NCBI GenBank assembly: GCA_012729395.1
Contig: JAAYDF010000284.1
Span: forward strand, 2,441 to 66,440
Length of the DNA: 64,000 bases
Reading direction: 5' to 3'
Origin: Phycisphaerae bacterium
GTDB taxonomy: Bacteria > Planctomycetota > Phycisphaerae > UBA1845 > PWPN01
The position numbers and the translations under genes are program-made. Shown here one piece after another: positions 15,884 through 24,798 of the stretch. Below the pieces are notes generated by a model. The model did no database searches. It was not told where the DNA came from and saw only the letters and a program-made list of their open reading frames with translations. Every line of letters starts with the position of its first letter. The first letter of the stretch is position 1.

Positions 15884-17950
15884 TTACACTCCAAGAATAG
15901 GAAGCTCCACGAAGATCTCTGCGCCACCAAGCGCACCGTGCTCGATCGCGTCTACCTGCCCTCCCATGTCCCGAACAGCATCCCGAACGATGGTGAGGCC
16001 CAGTCCCGTTCCGTTCCTCCGCGTTGTTTGCCCGGGCAGCCAAATGTCGCTCTTGCTAATCCCTTCAATTCCTGGCCCATTGTCGAGGATTGACATGGTG
16101 AGGATATCAGCATTTACAGCTGTCCGTACAACCAGCATTCGCTTCGTTGTGCTGGCCCGCTCAAAAGCAGCCAGGCTGTTGTTGATGAGATTGGTAATAA
16201 TCGATTCCACTGCTGCCTGGCTTGCTCGCAGATAGGGTGAGCCGGCGACTAGGTCCATTCTGACCACAACGTCACGACCCCGCAAGAAGGGCTCAAACGT
16301 GTTAAGGATTCCCGAGATCACGTCGTGAATATCCACTCTGGAAGCACGACGCTTGTCGTGATCAACGAGCTTGAGCGTCGCGTCGCCTAGGACCGCTAAG
16401 CGCCCCGTGGCTTGACTAATCGATGCTACCGGTTTCTCAAGCTTTTTGACATAGAACTCGGCAGATTCCTCCTTTGCACGTCGCTCGATAGTCATGACTG
16501 CTTGGCGGATGATCTTCAATGGGTTTCCGCTGGATTCATGAGCGAAGGTAACGGCCGTTATCCCAGCCGTGCTCAAGGTGCGATACAACTGTATTTCCTT
16601 CCGCAGTTGCTGGGCTTCACGCTCGCGTGAACGATCGTAGGCTTCTGCTGCTGCCTGGAGAGCCGGCCTTACGGCCTTGGGCGTGTTTTCGATTGCCTGG
16701 TCCAAGTCCCTCTTTGCCTTCCGCGCTCTCTTGGGTGCCGCCGCCCGTTCGCTCGCACGCCGCTTCTCTGCCTCCTCCAACCTTTTTCGTGCCATCCATT
16801 CCATCGCATCCTGTGCAAAGGACTTGAGCCCAGCAAAAGCCTCCCCCTCAATAAAGCCAGAACGGTCTGTCTTTTCCACCAACACATCCGATGTGTCGCA
16901 GAATCTGACGCGACCGATTGAGGTGTTGGTCCCCGGCCGCTCCTCCGGACTTTGGACTCTTCGCAGATCTATGTCAAGCCAATCATGCCCTGGACTGCCA
17001 TAAGGTTCAACCTTGATACCATTCCGATAGAGATGTACGCCGCCGAACTCCTGGAGCCATTCCCGGACTTCACCGATGCTTGACCGCCTAGTCGAGAAGG
17101 TGCTGTGCTGAAGCAGAAACACCCACAGATCGAATTGCGTGGCCGGGCACTCATACAACTTGTGCTGACGCTGTGAAGTCAAATCATCGTGAGTTGCCGC
17201 AAACACTCGCTTTCCTTGCCAGTCAAGCACGGACGCGCGAGCATGTCCTCGACTGTTGACGCGAGCACGTAGGTGATACTCCGCATCATCGAAGTAGCGT
17301 TTCCGGACGAGATCCTCCAAATCCGAAAACTCAGGAGCCGCTAGGGTTGGCTTGAAGCCGCGGGGATCATCACCAAAGGGATCGGCAAGCAGGATCAGGG
17401 ATCGGGCAAGCCGTTTAACATCCATCCTGCCAATCTTGGTTCTCAAATCTTCGATAAGAATTTGAGTGCCAGGATGCACATCCGAGGCTCGGTGGCTCTT
17501 TTCGATTGTGAGTGCTACGTCATCGATAACCTCGACGTCTTCGTATTCGTCCCAATCGATGAGGAGATCGTACTGTGTCGCCTTTTCTTGCTTTGGGCGC
17601 GTGGTCAGAAGAACTCTTGCACCCATGCGCAGAGCCGCCAGTCGGCCAAGGCCCTTGCTTCCCACGGGTATCCGGCCGAGGCGCGTTGGCGAACCTGTGC
17701 TCTTCTCGGAACGTCCCAACACAAGCCAGCCCCGCTCGATTCCGTTAGCATCCATTCCATCGCCATTATCGACTACGCGCACCGAACCGCCAAGTTGGTC
17801 CGTGTTCATTAGTTCAACCGTACATTTGCGCGCGTCGGCATCGTATGCATTCTTGACCAGTTCCAAAAGCCCTTTGTCGGGGCTAGGGTTGAGTTCTTCG
17901 CCTAGTCGTCTCAGAATGTCCGGGGCAAATCGTATCTGGACTGTGCTCAC
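15884..17950 (-). CDS. Fusion of MutL/MORC/Hsp90-type GHKL ATPase with a HisKA+HATPase_c histidine kinase
   Basis: 688-aa ORF whose GTG start overlaps the MTase stop (GTGA). N-terminal ELVKNAYDADA, VVDNGDGM and GSKGLGRLA. A coiled-coil linker, then FAHESSGNPL (H471), NLINNSLAAF, ILDNGPGI and GTGLGLTIV. No TM or PAS segments seen. Confidence 0.75.
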   Translation of the reverse strand: MSTVQIRFAPDILRRLGEELNPSPDKGLLELVKNAYDADARKCTVELMNTDQLGGSVRVVDNGDGMDANGIERGWLVLGRSEKSTGSPTRLGRIPVGSKGLGRLAALRMGARVLLTTRPKQEKATQYDLLIDWDEYEDVEVIDDVALTIEKSHRASDVHPGTQILIEDLRTKIGRMDVKRLARSLILLADPFGDDPRGFKPTLAAPEFSDLEDLVRKRYFDDAEYHLRARVNSRGHARASVLDWQGKRVFAATHDDLTSQRQHKLYECPATQFDLWVFLLQHSTFSTRRSSIGEVREWLQEFGGVHLYRNGIKVEPYGSPGHDWLDIDLRRVQSPEERPGTNTSIGRVRFCDTSDVLVEKTDRSGFIEGEAFAGLKSFAQDAMEWMARKRLEEAEKRRASERAAAPKRARKAKRDLDQAIENTPKAVRPALQAAAEAYDRSREREAQQLRKEIQLYRTLSTAGITAVTFAHESSGNPLKIIRQAVMTIERRAKEESAEFYVKKLEKPVASISQATGRLAVLGDATLKLVDHDKRRASRVDIHDVISGILNTFEPFLRGRDVVVRMDLVAGSPYLRASQAAVESIITNLINNSLAAFERASTTKRMLVVRTAVNADILTMSILDNGPGIEGISKSDIWLPGQTTRRNGTGLGLTIVRDAVRDMGGQVDAIEHGALGGAEIFVELPILGV

Positions 17951-19428
17951 AGCTCATCGCTCCACCAAGGCAGTCGCCCTAGCGCTGACACGGTCAGGTG
18001 ACGACATCGAATTGACCTATCGAGCCAAGATGTTGTCTCGTGCCTCTGAAGGACGCGAACCAACCTAAGACAGAATCCCAGGGTACGCTTCTTTGGAACA
18101 AGCACCAGGAGGTGATTTTCGACAGCCACCGGTCTTGTTCCGGCAATCACAGTGGCGATGGCCCGATGCTTATCCCCGGGGCGCGAAGTTCTTCTCACGG
18201 CTACGAATGGAGGCAATATGGTCCGTCCCGCGAATCTCCGCCTTCCCGGGAGAGACCTGAGCACCTTCCAAGCTGGCAGTCCGCGCGAGAACGCAAATTC
18301 GCGCCATGGCCCGCGATGCGGATCCCGGTAGTCGACCACAGGGCCCACGCAAACGTCGAAGTAGTCGCCTACTGTAGCGGAATGAGTGCCACTCGGGATG
18401 CTCCAGGAAGTGCGGTACGTTGATCGGCCAGTGCTACGAACGATGAGGTCGAGAAGGAAAACGTCGACATCCGCCCACCTGTCAAAACGACCGTAGACGC
18501 GAACAGAGTTAATCCAGGTGCGAGCTTGGACGATATCCCTCCATTTCTGATAGCGGGTACCGCACCTGAGGACATCCGGCAGAATCGCCACGACACGGGC
18601 TCCACTCTTGGCTTGTCGGAGGCATGTTTCCACGAATACCGCCGCCGAGTTGACAGACCCGGAAGCCCACTTGCAGCCGGGAGGGGCATGCATCGCCGTG
18701 TAAGGGGGGTTCATCACGATGTGGGAAGCTTTGGCAATTGCCCCGTCATCTCTCATCCCGCACCCAGTCCGCAAATGCGGAAAAAGGTCGGTGATGCATG
18801 GCAGCACTGGACTGCGTGGACGGATGCCCCGCGCAACTAGCGTCATCACGAGCCGAATCTTGGCAGCTCGAACAAACTCATCGTGGAGATCGTATCCGAT
18901 GATGCGGCTGCCCCAGAGTCTGAGCGTTCTCTCGAATCCCGTGGCAACAGGTAGGTGCCGAGCGCACTCGATGAGCAGATCACCCACGCCACAGGCAGGA
19001 TCGAGGATGACCGAATCCTCCGACAACGTGGATGCCGCTCCAGCAAGAGCTCGACGTGCGAGGCTTGAGCCCGTAAAGAACGCACCAGCCGACCGAACTT
19101 GCTCCGAGGGCACAAGACGATGGATCTCCTCCCTCGCTTGCCCGTCCAGCGCCGCGGCGAGTCTCTCGCGAGACGCTGGCGTCAAAGGCTCCACCAGTGA
19201 CTCTCCGAGGGTACGGCGGAGATCGACAAGATAGGGCTCGAACGCTTCCACTTGAGGCCTTATGCTCCAGTCAACTAGTACTACCCGGCCTGCGTGACAC
19301 GAAAAACGTGGGAGCACTGCCACCCCTGCGCAGCCACGCGTGGCCGAGAGCATCCACATTTGAGTGCGTCTATTTGTACCATAAAGAGCTGCGACCACAA
19401 GCGGAGCCCGACTGCCCTCCCTGGCCAA
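17947..19428 (-). CDS. N6-adenine DNA methyltransferase (gamma-class, Eco57I/TaqI-like)
   Basis: 493-aa ORF. ILDPACGVGDLL (motif I) precedes IVMNPPY (motif IV, aa 238-243), followed by a long C-terminal putative target-recognition region. The listed start is a TTG at 19428. The ATGs at 19359/19353 are alternatives, so the start is uncertain. Confidence 0.75.
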   Translation of the reverse strand: MAREGSRAPLVVAALYGTNRRTQMWMLSATRGCAGVAVLPRFSCHAGRVVLVDWSIRPQVEAFEPYLVDLRRTLGESLVEPLTPASRERLAAALDGQAREEIHRLVPSEQVRSAGAFFTGSSLARRALAGAASTLSEDSVILDPACGVGDLLIECARHLPVATGFERTLRLWGSRIIGYDLHDEFVRAAKIRLVMTLVARGIRPRSPVLPCITDLFPHLRTGCGMRDDGAIAKASHIVMNPPYTAMHAPPGCKWASGSVNSAAVFVETCLRQAKSGARVVAILPDVLRCGTRYQKWRDIVQARTWINSVRVYGRFDRWADVDVFLLDLIVRSTGRSTYRTSWSIPSGTHSATVGDYFDVCVGPVVDYRDPHRGPWREFAFSRGLPAWKVLRSLPGRRRFAGRTILPPFVAVRRTSRPGDKHRAIATVIAGTRPVAVENHLLVLVPKKRTLGFCLRLVRVLQRHETTSWLDRSIRCRHLTVSALGRLPWWSDEL

Positions 19429-19622
19429 GGCGCTGTGAGACGGTCGGAGTAATGGTTCGCGCCGCCGTGCACGCCTTGGTCCAGCAATCCAGACAAACGA
19501 CAGTGGAGTATCGCCGGTTGCGGACTTTCAGTCCAGACGGTGCAACTCCGGGAAGGGTGGGGGGGCAGTTAGGCGAGAGTTTGGGGAGCGATGCGGGGGT
19601 CGAGGCCCGCCTTCGCGGCCTC

Positions 19623-21758
19623 CTACGCCCCGGCCGCGACCGACTCATCCGCAGGCAGGGCCGCGGGCTTCGCCGCCTCCGATGCAAGAACTCGGATCGC
19701 CTGAAGCAGGGCCGCCCGGTCGATCGGTTTGCCCATGAACTCGTCGCAACCCGCCGCAAGGCAGCGCTGCCGCTCCTCAAGCAACGCGTGGGCCGTCAAG
19801 GCAATGATCGGGCTCCGGTAACCTTCGCGGCGAAGGGTCCGCGTTGCTTCGTACCCGTCCATCACCGGCATCTGCATGTCCATCAGGATAACGTCAAACG
19901 GCCGGCCAGCTTGCTGAGCGTTCAAAGCACGCTCCACCGCCTGCTCGCCGTTCTCCACGACGACCACGCTCGCGCCGGCCTTCTTGAGAATGAACGAGAT
20001 CAACCGCTGGTTGTCAGGACCATCCTCCGCCAGCAGGATCCGGGCAGACAACCGCTCACCCGATGAAGCCGGCAGAGCCGATGACTGACCGCCTTTCGCC
20101 CGACAGTGCGCCAGGTGTGAACCGACCAAGGCCACGCCCGTCAGATCCCCTGCCGCCACCGTCAAACGAAACCGCGCGCCAGCGCCCGGCGTCGATTCCA
20201 CCAGTACCAGATCACCCCCCAGCATCTGGGCCAGCCGCTTACTGATGCACAGGCCCAAACCCGTCCCCCCGTAACGACGAGTGGTCGAGGCGTCCGCCTG
20301 CGTGAACTCTCGGAACAACTTCTGCGCCTGCTCCGAAGATATCCCGATGCCCGTGTCCATCACGTCAAACTGCAACAAGGGACGCGGCGTGTCCGCATCC
20401 GCCAGCCGTACCAGCAAACGAATACCCCCGCTATCCGTGAATTTGATCGCATTGCTCAACAGGTTCGCCAGTATCTGCCGTAAACGCGTGGGGTCGGTCT
20501 CTACCGTCTCGGGCAGGTCGTCCAGATACTCAACCTTGAACGTCAACATCCGGTCACGCAGCCCCGCGTGAGCCAGTGACTCGGCACTCGCCACCAGCTC
20601 GAAAGGCGAACAGCGAATGCGCTCGACCATCAGCCGGCCGGCCTCGATCTTCGAAAGATCAAGGATGTCGTTGATCACCGTCAGAAGATGCAGCCCGTTC
20701 CGCTGGATCGCCAACACGGCCTCCTGCCGGTCCGCCTCCGCCAACTGCCCGTCCAGCAAGTTCTCCGAAAAACCCAGAATCGCAGTCAACGGCGTGCGGA
20801 TCTCGTGGCTCATGTGCGCGACAAAACGAGTCTTCGCGTGGTTCGCCGACTCCGCCGCCGCCTTGACCGTCTCCAGGTCGGCGATCGTCATCAGCAGCTC
20901 TTCGTGTTGCGCTTTGAGATACTCCTGCTGCGCTTCCAACTCCATATTCTTGTAGCGAAGGAGCTCCGCCTGCTTCTCCAGCTGCTTCTCCGCCTCTTTG
21001 CGGTGGGTGTGGTCCATCGCGATTTCGCAGCGAACCATGCGGCCGTCGGGCCAACGAATCACTTGGTCGATGCAGTGGAACCATCGCCCGGTCCGGCGAT
21101 TACAGAAGTCCCAGGTGTAAGACTCGCCCGGCCGGTCATGAAACAGCCGACCGTTCGTACAAAACGAGCAAGGGGCCTCCAACCCCTGAAGCGCCTCGTA
21201 GCACTTCCGCCCGGTCACGTCGCCAAAGTACCTGCGAAACGTCTCGTTGACATAAAGCAGCTCGTAAGTCTGCGGATCACACGCGTAGACCGGTTCGCCA
21301 AGGCTCTCCAGAATCGCTATGAGCTGCTTGTGTGAGGCCTCCACCTCATCATCGAGCCGCCGCCGCTCCGCCGCGTGACGGGCTTCCGCTAACACCAACT
21401 CCACCCGGTAAGGCAGACCGGCCCAAGCGGTTTCCGTCCGTACCACGCAGTCGGCGGCCCCGGCGCCCAGGATCGCCGCCACCTCTTGGGGCGTCGCCCA
21501 GTTCGCCAGGATCACCACCGGAAAGACATGCTTGGGATCCTGAGGGGCAATCAGGTCCGTTCCCCGACCATCCGGCAGAATCAGGTCCGCCATGACCAAG
21601 TCCGGCAAACCTTCCCGCAGGCTCTCCCGGGCCTCGCGAAGACTGCCGGTCAGGATCAGACTGCAACGCTTGGTCAGCGGAGCCAGCGCCAAGCGCAACG
21701 CCTCACGATCCGCCTCGCTTTCCACAGCCAACAAAATGACACTCGGCCCGCCTTGCAC
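19623..21758 (-). CDS. Hybrid sensor histidine kinase/response regulator (REC-PAS-HisKA-HATPase_c-REC)
   Basis: 711-aa ORF with a GTG start. N-terminal REC ([11 protein letters not shown]), H-box [14 protein letters not shown]-boxes DTGIGI and GGTGLGL, C-terminal REC ([12 protein letters not shown]). Confidence 0.85.
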   Translation of the reverse strand: MQGGPSVILLAVESEADREALRLALAPLTKRCSLILTGSLREARESLREGLPDLVMADLILPDGRGTDLIAPQDPKHVFPVVILANWATPQEVAAILGAGAADCVVRTETAWAGLPYRVELVLAEARHAAERRRLDDEVEASHKQLIAILESLGEPVYACDPQTYELLYVNETFRRYFGDVTGRKCYEALQGLEAPCSFCTNGRLFHDRPGESYTWDFCNRRTGRWFHCIDQVIRWPDGRMVRCEIAMDHTHRKEAEKQLEKQAELLRYKNMELEAQQEYLKAQHEELLMTIADLETVKAAAESANHAKTRFVAHMSHEIRTPLTAILGFSENLLDGQLAEADRQEAVLAIQRNGLHLLTVINDILDLSKIEAGRLMVERIRCSPFELVASAESLAHAGLRDRMLTFKVEYLDDLPETVETDPTRLRQILANLLSNAIKFTDSGGIRLLVRLADADTPRPLLQFDVMDTGIGISSEQAQKLFREFTQADASTTRRYGGTGLGLCISKRLAQMLGGDLVLVESTPGAGARFRLTVAAGDLTGVALVGSHLAHCRAKGGQSSALPASSGERLSARILLAEDGPDNQRLISFILKKAGASVVVVENGEQAVERALNAQQAGRPFDVILMDMQMPVMDGYEATRTLRREGYRSPIIALTAHALLEERQRCLAAGCDEFMGKPIDRAALLQAIRVLASEAAKPAALPADESVAAGA

Positions 21759-22263
21759 GTCACATCACCCCAGACCAGAACCACCTCTCGGCGTCCCTCT
21801 GTCCCGCCACCCATGCGGGTACCTAAACCTACGATTTCCTCTGCTCGTGATGCGCGCATTTTTCAGGGATTTACCTGATAAGCGGATCCATGCGTCAAAT
21901 CGCAGACTGGCTCCTGGCAAGGCCTCGCGGCAAGGTATTACCAGACCAAAAAAGTTGCCCATGATGAAATATATCTATAACATGCCTTTCGATATGAGCT
22001 TACGCCTGCCCAGGCAAATCCCGCAGGCCATCTTCCCTTCGATTTGATTCTCTCGATCGTTTTATTTTACAGAGAGTTAGGCGATTACGCCGCCCGCCAG
22101 GAAACTTGTGAGCAACCCGTGCAACCTTTGGCCGCGACCCGTGTCCAAGATGCTGAAGACTTCACCGCGACGGCCTGCTTCCGAAGCCCTGACAGCCGCG
22201 TTGGGCTTGGCGAGTGGAAGACGAGTCGGAGACGGGCGGGCCGATGAGTGAAGGAGATGAGCA

Positions 22264-22473
22264 GTGCCTGTTTACGTTCAATGTCCATATTGCGAACACC
22301 CGCGAATCGTGGCGGCCCCGCGGCGCGGAAAGGCCGTCTACTGCCGGCAATGCGGGATGCCCTACCAAACCTCGATCCTCGAGAACAAGGTGCGTCCGTT
22401 AGCTTTGGCTACTGTGGGTGAGTCGGTCCGTCGGCAGGCAGCCGGCGGCAAGGTGTACGTCATCGATATCTGA
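22264..22473 (+). CDS. Small zinc-ribbon protein
   Basis: 69 aa, GTG start at 22264 with AAGGAG 8 nt upstream. CPYC..(16)..CRQC is a four-Cys ribbon. Confidence 0.45.
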   Translation: MPVYVQCPYCEHPRIVAAPRRGKAVYCRQCGMPYQTSILENKVRPLALATVGESVRRQAAGGKVYVIDI

Positions 22474-22495
22474 GCTCTCAGAACACAACATCCCA

Positions 22496-22571
22496 AGGTG
22501 TCAGGCATCTTTTCGCGGGGTCTTCTCTATCCTCCTCTATGGGAAGCCCAAGGAAAAGGTTCCTGACACCT
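22496..22571. repeat. Degenerate member of the GGTGTCAGG inverted-repeat family
   Basis: Left arm 22496-22514 (aggtgtcaggcatcttttc) against right arm 22553-22571 (gaaaaggttcctgacacct), 17/19 complementary, with a 38-bp spacer. It lies between convergent genes. Confidence 0.7.
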
Positions 22572-22572
22572 C

Positions 22573-23253
22573 TTATTTCTCGTCCTGACGATGCCGAGTC
22601 ACCAACTGGTGGGCCAAACGAGTGGGCTCCGGCAGGCGATAACGCGTCACGCAGCGCATGACCCACGTCACCGAATCGGCCAAGGTCGCCCGATGCCCCA
22701 CGCTGACATACACCGGCCGCACGCCCGGCCGGGTACGCAACACCGCTCCGACGACTTCCCCGCGATCAGTGAGCGGCGCGAAGCGCCCCGGCTCGTTCGG
22801 CGGCTCATCGTGACTGCCGCACAGTCGGCTCTTCGCGCACCCGATGGCCGGCCGATCGAGTAGCAGCCCCGCGTGGCTGGCCAACCCAAACCGCCGCGGA
22901 TGGGCCAGACCCTGGGCGTCGAACATGAACAGGTCCGGCTCACAGGCCAACTTGCGAACAGCCGCCAGCGCTGCCGGTATCTCGCGGAAGCTCAGCAGGC
23001 CCGGCACATAAGGAAACCGCACCGGCCGCCAAGCGAGCCGTTCCTCCACCACCGCCCCGCGCTCGATGTCCCACACCACGACGCCGGCCAGGCACCGTTC
23101 GCCATCCGGGCTGAACGCCAGGTCCACACCCGCCACCCGCCGCACCGGCCCGCTCAGCTCCTCGATACGCACCCGCCCCGCCAGCCGCTTTTGCAGCCGA
23201 ATCGCCGCCCGTGGCAACATCGACCAGCGATGAATGGGAGGAGGAATCTTCAT
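22573..23253 (-). CDS. nfi: Endonuclease V
   Basis: 226-aa ORF. VAGVDLAF, YVPGLLSFREIP and FDAQGLAHPRRFGLASHAGL are canonical Nfi motifs. Confidence 0.9.
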   Translation of the reverse strand: MKIPPPIHRWSMLPRAAIRLQKRLAGRVRIEELSGPVRRVAGVDLAFSPDGERCLAGVVVWDIERGAVVEERLAWRPVRFPYVPGLLSFREIPAALAAVRKLACEPDLFMFDAQGLAHPRRFGLASHAGLLLDRPAIGCAKSRLCGSHDEPPNEPGRFAPLTDRGEVVGAVLRTRPGVRPVYVSVGHRATLADSVTWVMRCVTRYRLPEPTRLAHQLVTRHRQDEK

Positions 23254-23311
23254 GGCGGATGACCGATCCTGCCGCGTGGGCCGCTTGCGGCTTCGCGGGC
23301 AGGAGAGCGGA

Positions 23312-23941
23312 TCACGGCGGCGACACCCCGGCCGCGCTGCTGTGCGTCGCCAGCAGCTCAGTCATGGCCGTCTTGTGCTCCGACAGCATAGAGAGGATCA
23401 CTCCACCGTACCAGGGTAGCCAGGTCCTGAAGCGGATCCGCGAGGTCGCATCGGATTCCCGGTCCCACTCGCATGAGGTGATCCTGCTCCACTTCAGCAG
23501 AGATCCATAGCACCAGATGCCGCGCTCGCAAACCTGAAGGCGGCTGAAGGTGTGGCTGATAAGGAGTCCCGAGCCGATGAGGGCGTTAAGCACGATCAGC
23601 GTCTGGCTCATCCTGCTCCTGCCAGTCGAGATCATCACCAGCGCTCCCAGCAGCAACACTGCCACGGCAAGCCGACACGAGTACTCAGCAGCAGGGCCGC
23701 CACAATCGAGCAGCACGGGGCCGGCGGTACCGCGATCACGCAGCCAGACGATCAACACGACGGTGAACGCCACGCCGCTGATCCCACTGCCGGAGATGAC
23801 GAGCGAATCGATGAGGGACGTGCCGAGCAGAATCGACGCGCTAAACGCGCCAAGCACGAGAAGCGGAATACCGACGGCCGCGCAAACCAGGAAGTCTCTG
23901 TGGCCACAGCTTGCTTCCGCGTGGTTGGCCTGTGCTAACAT
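23312..23941 (-). CDS. Membrane protein of unknown function
   Basis: 209-aa ORF, ATG at 23941 with AGGAGG 8 nt upstream. Four hydrophobic segments followed by a soluble Trp/Cys-rich tail. Confidence 0.6.
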   Translation of the reverse strand: MLAQANHAEASCGHRDFLVCAAVGIPLLVLGAFSASILLGTSLIDSLVISGSGISGVAFTVVLIVWLRDRGTAGPVLLDCGGPAAEYSCRLAVAVLLLGALVMISTGRSRMSQTLIVLNALIGSGLLISHTFSRLQVCERGIWCYGSLLKWSRITSCEWDRESDATSRIRFRTWLPWYGGVILSMLSEHKTAMTELLATHSSAAGVSPP

Positions 23942-24067
23942 ATGGAAACCTCCTGTGAACGCTTCAGAGACGCAGAACAGGGTTCGTCAGTAAGCGGCGA
24001 GCCGTGCAACCCCAAGCATCCAATGCTCGTCTCTACCCGACTTCCACCCCCTGGTGACCTACCAGCC

Positions 24068-24322
24068 TCACAGCAGCCATCGCCCGGCCAAGACCCCGTT
24101 GATCGACAGATCCTCGTCCAGGGTTTCCCATCGCAGGGCTTGGCCGCGAGCCTCGATGCGCACCTCGCGAAGCTGTTCATCAGACGCGTGACGCAACCGG
24201 CGGTACTTGTCCGCCGGAAATGCGATCTCCCGCCCGTCCTCGAGCTCCACGCGCACCTTGCGACCGTCGATCCACGCGCGAACGGCCCGGGCGCCGCCGA
24301 TACTATCAGCCAAAGTACTCAT
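24068..24322 (-). CDS. DUF2442 family protein
   Basis: ATG at 24322 (MSTLADS), inside listed ORF 24068-24361. VELEDGREIAFPADKYRRLRHASDEQLREVRI..G.ALRWETLDEDLSINGVL is the DUF2442 pattern. It overlaps the end of the upstream DUF4160 frame. Confidence 0.7.
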   Translation of the reverse strand: MSTLADSIGGARAVRAWIDGRKVRVELEDGREIAFPADKYRRLRHASDEQLREVRIEARGQALRWETLDEDLSINGVLAGRWLL

Positions 24323-24538
24323 GCCATTTTTCCAAGAACTCTTCGCGGTGCTCTTCAACAACCGCTTGCAGAAGCGTCAGCTCATGTTGCCGCATGCCGT
24401 CATTATACACCAATGAAACCGGATCTAGCCAGAACTTGCAGGTGTCTTCATTGCGGCGTATGTGGACATGGGGCGGCTCGCGGCCCTCGTCGCTGTAGAA
24501 GTGGAAACGAAATCCTTGCCAGGGAAGATTGTGGGCAT
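24306..24538 (-). pseudogene. DUF4160 family gene with a 1-nt frameshift after codon 5
   Basis: The ATG at 24538 gives MPTIF. The conserved body, PWQGFRFHFYSDEGREPPHVHIRRNEDTCKFWLDPVSL..EEFLEKWHEYFG-stop (TGA 24308-24306), continues in a different frame. That frame has no start codon after its upstream TGA. The span is 233 nt, not a multiple of 3. Confidence 0.65.
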
Positions 24539-24798
24539 TTCAGTGTCACACGACGGGCACATTGGGCAGCCCTGTCAGCCGAACCAATCAATCATAGACT
24601 TGGTCCGGTGCGGGTATCCTACCGGTGCCCCCTGCCCTTCCTGTATTGTTTCGGGTGCGTGAGAGCAAGTCCTTCGCCTGCTTTGGCCATTTGCATCGCA
24701 GGATGAGCAGGGGGCTCGGCCGCTTGCGGCTTCGCGGGGAAGGGGGGGCAGCGGCACCGTCGCGGGCGGGCTCTCGCGGCGGCAGAACATGATCGCGG

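Larger units (their letters stand above)
14214..19428 (-). other. Lower-GC accessory operon: MTase, GHKL::histidine kinase, receiver protein, MBL hydrolase (candidate defence system)
   Basis: Four co-directional genes with overlapping or near-abutting stops and starts. A/T-richer third codon positions than the neighbouring genes. Confidence 0.6.

Noticed and set aside
13456-19622. Integrase, transposase or tRNA marking the island as a classical integrative element
   Set aside because: None was found on either strand. Only TA debris and short repeats flank the operon, so no mobile-element call was made for it.
19623-21758. Hybrid histidine kinase as a fifth member of the candidate defence operon
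   Set aside because: It is separated from the MTase by a 194-bp gap. It has host-like codon usage over most of its length and a complete self-contained REC-PAS-HK-REC architecture, so it is more likely an ordinary neighbour. Cross-talk cannot be excluded.
21759-22263. Small ORFs and promoters in the 505-bp AT-richer divergent region
   Set aside because: The ORFs (21765-21962 minus, 22044-22247 plus) lack an RBS and coding bias. TTGATT and other hexamers are present, but spacing to plausible -10 boxes is poor. Only the zinc-ribbon gene, which has a clear AAGGAG, was kept.
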